A stretch of 64,000 nt of DNA from the NCBI GenBank assembly GCA_051362555.1, contig CM120641.1, forward strand, positions 28,960,401 to 29,024,400, in the 5' to 3' direction. This document shows, piece by piece, positions 53,236 to 64,000 of the stretch (its first letter is position 1; every line of letters starts with the position of its first letter). Below the pieces are notes generated by a model that was given only the letters and a program-made list of their open reading frames with translations, was not told the origin of the DNA and searched no databases. The stretch is from Lingula anatina. Its lineage: Eukaryota > Animalia > Brachiopoda. Made by a program: the position numbers and the translations under genes.

Positions 53236-56200
53236 CTGACGTCTCCCTTCATGGCGTCGGGTTATCAGTACTCCCACACCAGTAACATGAGTTATGAGTT
53301 GATCAGAAACAGAAAAAGATTTTTTATAAAGATAATGCAAGTATATGTGTAGGCCCATTTATCTTTTTTTATATTACTAAACGTAAGAATTGTTTGTCCA
53401 AGTGAAACGTTACTTACATCAGCCTAGCAACTAAATCTGACGTTTAAACGTCTCCGAAAATAACTAGAATTTTTTTAATAACGCAATAATGCGGCCACCT
53501 TCGAGGTGTCGCCCGGTTTTTAAAAATTGAAAAAAGAAACTTTTCGGGGCGTCTTTTGTCGCGGGTCATTATTTTCAGTTGTTTGATGTTTTTTTGTAAT
53601 ATTTTAGCCATTGATAGAATCTATAATTCAGTTACATCCACGATTAGCTAGACGAAATGGTGACAGGGAAAAGTCAAATTTTTTAAACGGCAAAAACTGC
53701 ATTCTCTTAGAAAGCAATTAGCAAACATTCATTACTGTGAAAAATTCAACCGAAGTTGAAGACAAAATGTGTCAAAAATAAACGTGCATGTCGTAATACC
53801 TATTTAAAGCAGTCTAATTTTTGTTAGCATTAAAAACGTGTAAATATTATCCACATAGGATATTTTTAAAGCCTTCGATATTTAAAATATTTGAACTTCC
53901 CATACTTTGAGGCATGCATGAGTCGGAAAATGTTTGCATAATTACATAAAAAACTAGAATTATCTCTTTATGTGACCACAGTTTACTCATGTGCCTTACA
54001 TCATTCCCTTAAACCCTTTCCCAATATCGATTTCAGATATTTTTGACACATTTTGTCTTCATCTGAATCACGTGAACGTTATCAAGTGTCATAAGGCGTA
54101 CATTACGAAAATATTTAGGTCTTGGAACGTGATTTGATGACTTTTTTAAATGCATATATATACAATTATAAATTTATAATTAAGTTATTTAATATCAAAT
54201 TATAAGTTCTGACCGAGTTTTAAAATTTATTTTAGGAGGGGTAAAAAAACCCAACCCCATCTAATATATATTGGATACATCCGTAGGCTTATGTCCTTAG
54301 AACTAGGCGTACAAAATGTGTCTTCTAGCTAAAGTTATTATGATGGTGTATGTGTAATTAAAAAAAAACTACGTAAGAGTGACAATAGGTCATGTGTTTC
54401 GAATGCACCCCCACTCTCCGATCAGACATTACTTTTGTATAATTCACAGTCCATCTTCGTTGTAGTTTGTGACTTTACATCATTTCTTAGTGAAGCGGTG
54501 TTGTCCTCAATTTACCTTAAATGTCCAAATTACTAAGAAGAAACCACTTGCAAGAATTATAAGGCTTTTTATACTGCTAGGTCTATAGACGTGATACACA
54601 CGATATTTTGCAACCCCACAAAATCTGTTTCTTAAAATTTTGGTTCCACCACAAAGCTTAGCACTATCATTCTTTTTTGCTTTATTGATATATTTTCAGT
54701 ACATAAATAACCATTGTCTGTTGCCCAATTTTGCACAAAATTAAGATAATCCCCAAAACCTCATTAATTGTGTTTCCTCCATCCCAAAAAATATTAAAAA
54801 TTTCTCCTCATAATTTAGTAGTGCACTGGCATCTACACAGTACATAAATGTATCATTATAATAACATCTTGTTCTTACTGATAACATAATTAGCTTAATT
54901 CCATAACAATTCTAAAATGTTAATAACAATGAAAATTCAAAGTAGATGGCAAGATTCTTATTGTGCTGATAAAGATAAAATATGTAAATTCAATACTGAT
55001 TAGGTACTGTATACTGGCTCATTGAAAAAAGGGAACCGTTTCACAAAAAAATTAAGCTTAGACTGCTAAATCTGGATAGCCAACTATACAAAGTATACTT
55101 TGCAATATTGTCTTACAACTACAATTTTTTAAGAATGATTGGTCCACAGTTGATGAGTAGAATATACATAAATGGGCTACTGACACCACTGCAAGTAAAA
55201 GACTTGCCAAGACAATCAAAATGTAAATCAAAGGAAAGTGAAAAGAAAGTAAAAAGACTGGAAAAAATGAGGCAAAATTGATAACTTGGTTAATGAGCGA
55301 ACAATACTCTAGTTTTGATTAAATCAGAACTTTTCTTGCACCTTTTCTTGGGGAATAGGGGATTGGTGTAGTGAAAGCCCAACCTTAACCTTTGGATGCT
55401 ATTCTCATTAAACATATGCATAAAAGACAAAATTTAGACCACAAATAGATTCATGCAATCTACCAACCTTTTTTACAGTGAGTCATTGCAACTTATCAGT
55501 TATTTCTGGCCTAGGCTATCTGTAAGATTCTTACAACTGTGAAGTGCAACTTAGCCAGCTAAGTCTTTATAGGCTCAGATTTTAGACTACAAACCAGCTT
55601 CAAACATTTAGTAAAGCAAGTGCAAGGAATAGTTAGTTTGAAGGCTCTGCCTCCCCATAGGGTGAGAACAAACACAGTCACACTGTATGATACATTACAG
55701 AAAACATTGGTTAAAAATATACTCTGGAATTTTACATTTTCACTAGTATAGAATCAATTTGATTTCTAAAACTGACTTATTATAAAAATACTCCTGTCAA
55801 TTTAAAACTTTTTCATAAAGCATATCTGAAATACACTGATAAAATGTTATTAAAAATATTAAAATTTGATATTCACAGATAAAATAGGCTCAAGTCAAAA
55901 TGATTAAGACAATTATTGAAGCATTATTCAAACCCCAATTTTGATTATTTTCATACAATTAGTGATTCACAAGTTCTTTAACAGAGTTGTACCTAATCTG
56001 ACTACATGATATCTATCAAAATCTCTCTAAAATCAAGTGACAAAAAAATGCCCACAGTTTCAAGCACCATAAAATATGGCTTAAGTAAGTAATATCCTCA
56101 ATTGTTTCATAATAAACGTCATGTCACTTGAATGTACCATTCTCCAGAAAAAAAGATGAACTTGCAAGGTTTGATAAGTCTGCGTTTACAGGTAGATGTC

Positions 56201-56396
56201 ATAGTTTAATATACATGAGGCAGCTTTATATCGTGGTCAACAATATTATATTATATCAGTTTCTCTAGCCTCCATGTCTTATTCGTCATAATATTTTGAT
56301 TTTCAAATTCAGGGTCCCCTAGTAAAAGATCTTGCATTTCCTCTTGATCACAGAAGCATCTGAGTTGAGAATACAGTTGAGAATACAGAGTTAAAA

Positions 56397-56502
56397 TTAG
56401 GCCTCTCCTCTCCACTCGGGGTCCTCTTGCAACTGAACCTGGCTGACATCCATGGTTACATCTTGAAAAATAATATATTCCCAAAAAAGTTTAAATGGTG
56501 CA

Positions 56503-56543
<41 letters not shown>

Positions 56544-58437
56544 TAAAATCAATAAATCTTGGACACATTACTTGTCGTACGTCTGAATAACATGACAGAC
56601 AAGAAGAAAATAGTTGCTCTTGAAAATGGACTTTAAGTAATGAAAATGCAAGATGACAGCTAGTAGATAGTACATGTGCATGCAATTTATTTGAAATTCT
56701 GACTTTTCAGTCCTAATGATTTAGATTATTTATAGCCAATAATCTGAGAAAATAAAATATTCAACAGAGAAATTGATTGCAATAAATCCTGCTCGTACCT
56801 GACTGCTTAATATTCACTGCAGCAAACCTCTCTACGACATCGTCGAGCTGATCAGTATGGTCATCGTAATCACATCCTGTGTACGCTTTTTTCTCAAGGC
56901 AGTACTCAAGGAAACTACACCAAAGAGAAGTTGAAAATAAAGAAAGAATTGCCTACTTTCTTTTGTCTTTCTGTATGGACTTTCATTCACAATAAAAGAA
57001 AGAATTGCCTAGTAGACACTATTTTGTCTGTCAGTTTGGAGTTTAATTTACATGTACATGTTTTTTAACTTTCCTTTTTTTTCTATTTTTTTTTTTTCAT
57101 TTAACAGTCTGTCTGAACTAAAACATGATAGCTTTCTCTTTTTAATCTTTCTATCCTCTGTTTTTTTTTTTTTTTTGTCAGTCTGTCTGAACAAACATTA
57201 AAAATTTAATTTATGAACTTTATTAAATCCTTAACATTTCTTTTTTTGTTGGTTTGTCTGTCTGTCTGAACAAGAGTTCTTAGAAACAATGAGATTAAAT
57301 AAAGATTAAATAAAGGAAAAAAATTTTGAACCTAACATGGCTGATTTGTGTTTGGTTTGAAAAAGTCTTATAATTTGATTGAACTTTTTTTGCTTACTGA
57401 TCAAATAAATTAAAATAATTCACTTCACCTGTTCCAATGTTCATCTTGCGAAAGAAGAAACGGATTCCCTACAACAATCAATTTGCTCTTGTGATCGACA
57501 CATTAAACCTCTGAAAAAAAAAATTAATCCCACATGTAACTGTATGTGCGGGTGAACACTGAAGACAGTATAGTCTGAGACTAACTGTTCATATCTCTTC
57601 TGTGAATTCCGCATCACATGGCATAGTCTCTGCAGTGCCATAGTGGAAAGAAATGGTGATGAAAATAGTATGGACTATAGCTGTTTAAATAACCTTACAT
57701 TTCAAAATATGTGTGTGCACATCCACATGTACAAAGTCTTATGAATTATGTGTTCACGCATGTACACATGCCACAGCACAATCATGGTAATGACACTATC
57801 TTTTCAATGGGCAAAAATTATCAAACTTTCAAATGTATACCTTTATAAACACATAAAGTATATAGTATTAGTGGTACTCTTACTGCACAGATTAGAACTA
57901 TAGAGTAGCTTACTTTTTTATTCTGTTGTGACCATCCAATAGGAATTGGGTAGGAGTATCAAAATTTTAAAAATTAATGGCCTAAGAAATACTGCATCTG
58001 TAAAATTCATGATTTCCCCCCCACTGAAAAAAATCAAGTTATTACCATATGCTGAGGTGGCACTAGCAATTTTTTCTAAAGCCAAATTACTACTTTTTCA
58101 TCATTTTTTCTCCAAAATGGTTTAAATTTGACTAAAATAAGTCAAATCAACCCTATTTTGTTTAGCCAATTGAAGTCAGTTTTAGCATTTGGCTTAATTG
58201 GGCAGTGTTAACTCTACCCCAGTTTGTGTGTCCACATGCATAAGTGTACAAATGACTGACCTTTGGGTTCTTTAAAAAGCCCAGCTTGAACTCTGCGTCC
58301 AGAGCCAGGTAATCGGGGTTACTCCTCACGGTGGACACCATGATGACCTGAATCTCCTGACCCTGAAATTCCTCCACACTGCCCACCTTTATGTCCCGAA
58401 AGTTTTTCTTGAACAGCAGTTGCCTCAGTTTTTGAAC
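56397..58437 (-). CDS. MOV10: MOV10-like UPF1-family SF1 RNA helicase, last four coding exons; motif-VI exon frameshifted
   Basis: Exons: 58261-58437 (IKVGSVEEFQGQE..VSTVRS..LGFLKNPK), 57429-57510 (RFNVSITRA / LIVVGNPFLLSQDEHW, the two halves out of frame), 56799-56914 (FLEYCLEKKAYTGCDY), 56397-56461 (VQLQEDPEWRGEA*). Upstream exons were not found and presumably lie beyond 64000. Confidence 0.88.
56504..56542. repeat. (AAT)n microsatellite in the last MOV10 intron
   Basis: Directly visible. Confidence 0.95.
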
Positions 58438-58473
58438 CTGTGGAGAGAATAAAAAGGGATGTCTGTGCATTTA

Positions 58474-58640
58474 CAGGCCCGTAACCAGCAATTTCAAAAG
58501 GGGGGTTCTTTTTCTGAAAAAGTGGACCTTTTTCCATAAAAACTTCATGTACCTAGATCAAATTTTACCCACAGTGCACCTTTTCCCAGCAAAAGTGGCA
58601 GTTCTTTAAAACCCCCGAACCCCCCCTGGCTACGCGCCTG
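58474..58640. mobile_element. 167-bp MITE with hAT-like CAGG...CCTG termini
   Basis: TIRs CAGGCCCGTAACCAG / CTGGCTACGCGCCTG, flanked by ATTTA on both sides. It sits 36 bp from the MOV10 acceptor site. Confidence 0.7.
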
Positions 58641-59639
58641 ATTTAATACTCATCCGTTACATTCAGCATTTACTTTATCTTTATCTTATTTTACTAGTAG
58701 TTAGCCATAACTCTGAACAGGCTGCATATTGTTAGTACATTACATTATAACCAAGCTCAGGTGGATTAGTAATTGAATTTGCCATGTGAGATGGGAGTGA
58801 GCAAATTCACCACAATTTTAATTTTAATTTTTTAAATTTTTCTTTAATCACATGTACACTTCTGTAGTTAAAATAGGACTTTTCATAAGCCTAACAGTAC
58901 CATATCTATAACATATGATGAGACATTTCATATACATGTATAAATATATAAATGAAGTTATTCTTTATCAAAGAAACTAAATAACTATGAGGTTCAAAAG
59001 GTTTTAATTTCACCATTATATGTACAAAAGAGATGAAAGAGACATTTTGTCAATGCTTAAGTACAAAATCTCTACTACCACATGTAAAAGTATTTCAGTG
59101 TTTGCAATTTTACCAGAGCTTATAGAACTACCAAAAAAAAACTGATCCTTGTCAAAACCTAGTCCTAGTCAAAAGAAACTTTCTTTTGTCAAATTTAAAA
59201 TTATTGAAGGAATAATTCTAGGCACATCCATAGCAGTAAAAATGTTTCATTAATTGCATTACCTTTTATTTTACTTAAATCTTAGAAGCAGAAATCACTG
59301 GTCAATAAAAAGCTTTTAGAATAAGTCCTACATGTACCGGGGTATATGATTTTACCAGACTCTCAAACACCTTTGTAAATATTATAGTTAATCATAGTAC
59401 TTTTGTCCACAATTTTCAACTTCACTTTTCTTTTAGTCATAGTCTTATTTCATTTTTATTTAAGCCCGAGGTAGTAATGTAACTTCCCCTTTTAATGCAT
59501 TTCATAACACATACACTCACACACACTGGCAGATTAAAACTTTACTATTACTCATATTATCATTTTTATTATAATGGCTGTTGGGGGCATATTATTATAA
59601 TTAAATATATTAAAAACTATTATAATTATAAATATTAAA

Positions 59640-62600
59640 AACTTATTTGCAATATAAAACAAAATTTACCTGCATAATTATCACTGTTTCCTTATTATTA
59701 ATCCAGCAGAGAGCTTAACCTTTGGGAGTTTACAGGGAAATATCAACAAGTGTGCTTTATGTAATCTCATTTAATGGCCTATTAATTAGGCAAATGACTT
59801 TATAACTTTAAAACTTAGCCTAGTGAGACCCAAGGGAAATTTACAGACTGACCCTCTCAAAGGTCTTCAGGCCCATAAGTCACACCCTTAAGAAATGCAC
59901 AAAACAATAATGCACAAAATAGGAGACTATCAATTCTGATACAATAATACATTATGTTTAACTGCACAGTCAACATCAAATGTTTTAAAATTATGCACAA
60001 CAGGTAACACCAACGAAAGTAAAAGCATAAGGCTTCAGGCCCATCAGATTTCAAGTTTATACTTAGAAAGTGCCAAAATGAGAAAAATGAAAATTTCACA
60101 AAAAATGCATAAATTTAATAAAAGTGATAATCTAATAGAGCTGGTTTTCTAATATGAGCTGTATGTCAATCCTAAGAATCATTCTTGTAAGACTAGTTGA
60201 AAAATTAGAAAGTAACAGTTTTCTTTCTATAACGTTAATGGTGGCAGTGTACAAAAGAGGTTTTTTGTCAATTTTGATGCAACATTACATAATGATTAAC
60301 TGTATAAATACCACCAATTTTTAAATATCTACTATTAAAAACATGGACATTAAAAAAAGGTGATTACCACTGGGCTTCATGCCCAAGGGAGCTCTAAGTC
60401 CCACATTGAAAATTCCAGTATGTGAAAGATAAAAATTTTCACAAAAAACCTCTATAACTTCCAGAAAATTAACTAATGAGACAGATTTTCCAACTGAAGC
60501 TGTATTTCAGTCCTATGTTTCTTTCCTTTAAGTGTAAAAAGAGCAAGTGACATGGTTTTCCTTTCACGGTCACTAAGGAGGCAGTGCCTAAAATAGGGTT
60601 TTGTTCAATTTTGATGCAATATTACATAATGCTTAACAGCATAATAACCATCAGTTTTTTAATGATAAAATAAAACTTTCATGGATATTCACAAAATGTG
60701 TCTAGCCCATAGAGTTCAGAAACACTTTGAAAATTCCAAAATCTAAACAAGAGAAACTGTATTAAAAAGAGTTTATTTCCATTTTCAATACCTTTTTTAC
60801 ATGAAAAAAAAATCGATTTACTGTCATTTTTATATGATCAATTAAAATATGTTGTCAAAGGAAAAATATCAATAGAACAAATTTAAATGTCCAACTTGCT
60901 CCATTCTGAGATTCTTAACTAAGTGAATGATTGAATCTGACGAACTTCAATGATATGAGTTCCCTTCCATTTTTGATACTTTATAACACAATGCACAATA
61001 AAAGGTGTACTGTCATTTTTATATAATCAACTAACAATATTTTTAAGAAGCAGAAAATGTCAAAACAACACTTTTACATATCTAATTTGTTCCATATTGA
61101 GACTGTTAACATGCCTAAGAATTAAATCTGAAGAAAAGCCACTTATATGCAAAAAGGCTAATAACTTCATCAAAACTTAACTGATCAAGCTTATTTTCAA
61201 ACTTGATCTGTATATTAGTCAGACTGATCACTCCTGTAAGTTTCAAGACAAAAGGCTGATTGGTTTTCCTTAAAATGTGTTATCAGTGTTGCATATATGC
61301 TGAATAATGGAAAAAAAACAGCATAACTTTAAATTTGTAAAAATAGTCCAATCAAGCCAATTTTCGAACTTGACCTGTGTATTATGAATGTTCATCAGTT
61401 CTGTAAGTTTCAAGCCAAAAGGTAAAATGGTTTTCCACTTATCGTGTTATCAGTGCTGCATATATGCTGAGAAAATGCAGAAAATGGTTCATTTTGTTAG
61501 TTTTGATGCAATAATAAATCATGCCTACAACAGCACTGTCAATCAACACTGAATTTTAATCATGCACAACAGGTGACATCGTCAATAACAGGAACGGATC
61601 CAGAGATATTTTCTGACAGTATTCCAAATTATCTTTGTTGATCCATCCTACATTTTTGATGGTCTTCCAACAGAAAAAAAAACAGATACCCATCAATATG
61701 AACTTTAAAATCTGAAAGACCCAGGAGACGGCCTCAATCCACCCCTGCAATAAGATTACAGTTTCAGGACCAAATTCACATAATGAAAATCCCAATATTT
61801 GAATAATGATGACAATGCATAAAATAATATTTCATAATGTTTAAAGACATAAAAACCAATGCAACTGTTTATGTGGAAATACAGAGAATGTGAAGAGCTT
61901 CAGGTGGATGGGAGCTGAAAATGCCAGTGTTTGAAAAATAAATTAAAAAGAAAACACAACAAAAATATCCCATTAAAGCTGCTATTCAAACTTTTAATCT
62001 TGCTGTAATAACATGATATGAATAACCCCAATGTGTTTGAGGATAATAAGGCACTGTTATTCAAATTTTTTTTCTTTTGTTAACTTATTTGCAATATTAA
62101 ACAACATTTACCTGCATAATTATCACAGATTCCTAATTATGTGACACAGTTAAGAGAGCTTTACAGTACCTATGGGACTTTACTGGGAAATCTCAAGGTG
62201 TGTTTTATGTAATCTTATTTAATGGGCACTTGGAAATTAATTAGGCAAATGATTTTATAGCTCTGAATTAAGCTTGTGACTACCCCAAGGGACAATTACC
62301 ACCATCCATAAACAGTAGCCCCATATAGCACTCTATAGAGCTGCATTGCTTCCAGAACAGAAAACAATCACTCTGATTTTCCAACACAAACTGCACGTCA
62401 GTCTTACAAAACTTTTCAGTAAGTTTGAGTATCATAAGTAACATGGTTTTTCCATAATGGTCATTCCGGCAGCCATTTCCAAAATAGGGTTTTCTTCAAC
62501 TTTTATGCAATATAACATAATGACCATCAATTTTTAATAATAAAATAAAAGTATCATGGATATACAGAAAATGTGACATGGAAAGGTCTTCAAGGCCATG

Positions 62601-63587
62601 GAAGTTCAGAGTTACACTTTCAAAATGCCAAAATGTACCTGTATACAAGAGATAACTGTATTGAATTGATTTTCTTCCATTTTCAACACCTTTTTTTCAT
62701 ATAACAAAGTAATCAATTTACTGTCATTTTTAAATGAACAACTGAGAAAATTGTTGACATAGGAAAAATATCAATAGAACAATTTTAAATGTCCAGTTTG
62801 CTCCATTCTGAGATTCTGAACATGGTGAATGATTGAATCTGACAAACTGTAAAGATATGAGTTTATTATTATTTCCATTTTTTGACACTTTATTATACAA
62901 TTACAGGTTTACCATCTTTTTTATATAATCAACTAACAATATTGTTAAGATGCAGAAAATGTCAAAAGAACACCTTTACATATCTAATTAGTTCACAGAT
63001 GAGATTGTTAACATGCCTAAGAATTAAATCAAAGGAAAAAACACTTATATACAAAAAAGGCATAACTTCACCAGAACTGAACCAATGGAGCTTATTTTCG
63101 AACTCCATCTGTATTTCAGTAAGACTGATCACCCCTGTAAATTTCAAGACAATTGGCCAATTGATTTTCCTTGAAATGCGTTATCGGTATTGCATACATG
63201 CTAAAAAAAGTGAAAAAACAGCATAACTTCCATAAAATTGGTCTAATCAAGCTGATTTTCAAACTTGACCTGCGTATTATGTATATTCATTAGTTCCATA
63301 AGTTTCAAGCCAAAAGGTAAAACGGTTTTTCACTTATCGTGTTATCGGTGTTGCATATATGCTGAAAAAAGTGAAAAAACAGCATAACTTCCATATAGAT
63401 GGCCATATCATGCTGATTTTCGAACTTGACCTGCATATTATGAAAGCTCATCAGTTCTGTAAGTTTCAAGCCAAAAGGTAAAACGGTTTTTCACTTATCA
63501 TGTTATCGGTGGTCAAAGTGCACGGCGACGACGACAGACGCAGGTGATGGCTATATGTACAGACACATCTGTGTCTGTACATAAAAA
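59640..63587 (-). mobile_element. Large copy of the same HINE family, in the presumed MOV10 intron (5' terminus retained)
   Basis: Terminal palindrome at 63554-63583 preceded by ggcgacgacgacagacgcaggtgatgg. Two ~2-kb diverged internal repeats (about 59640-61590 and 62080-63500) are homologous to the other copies. Confidence 0.8.
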
Positions 63588-64000
63588 TTAAAAAAAAAAA
63601 TTACAAAGGATTTTTCTAAAGGTAAAAGGGAATTACTGTCTCATTTTATCAGTTTTCTCAAGTGCAACACTTATTAATCCACTTGAAATGATTTATATTG
63701 CATTTTTCAACCATTCTTTTTCCTTTCAAATGATTCATAGGTTTTGTAATTACATGTGATATCTTGATATCTATATTCTTTTTCTGTAAAGAAAATTAAA
63801 ACAGAGTCAGCAACATACAATGACAGGAGGAGCACTTTATTTTCATATTATCAATTGGACAGTAAAAGAACAAAGCAGTTACTTTTCACAGGAGTGAAAT
63901 CAAGTTATGAATCTCCATGGTTCCAATATCACGGTCATCTTTTCCATATACTGAACACAACAGTAATGGGTAGTATTCCAGAGATTTTAATCTTATAACT

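Overview
This is AT-rich, intron-containing animal DNA, probably a lophotrochozoan such as a mollusc, judging from the repeat families (inference). I assembled the gene models by hand from splice sites and reading-frame phase. (1) SEC24C, COPII cargo adaptor: minus strand, 23 coding exons, 34649->19047, about 1180 aa, frame intact. (2) FUT11/POFUT4: plus strand, 2 exons, about 489 aa, head-to-head with SEC24C across a very compact promoter with CREB3/XBP1-type sites. (3) The last four exons of a MOV10-like SF1 RNA helicase, minus strand, whose motif-VI exon has a frameshift and premature stop. (4) The promoter and candidate alternative first exons of an unidentified minus-strand gene running off the left edge. 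The most unusual region is about 46.3-52.5 kb. It holds a TATA/Inr-driven, multi-exon, apparently non-coding minus-strand transcription unit built from three tandem arrays, one of which is a 12-fold amplified intron+exon unit giving 11 near-identical 52-nt exons. Mobile DNA includes three Helentron-type HINE copies, an inverted pair of TTAA-flanked MITEs in SEC24C introns, other MITEs, a Penelope GIY-YIG remnant and LINE remnants. No rRNA, tRNA or CRISPR array was recognised.
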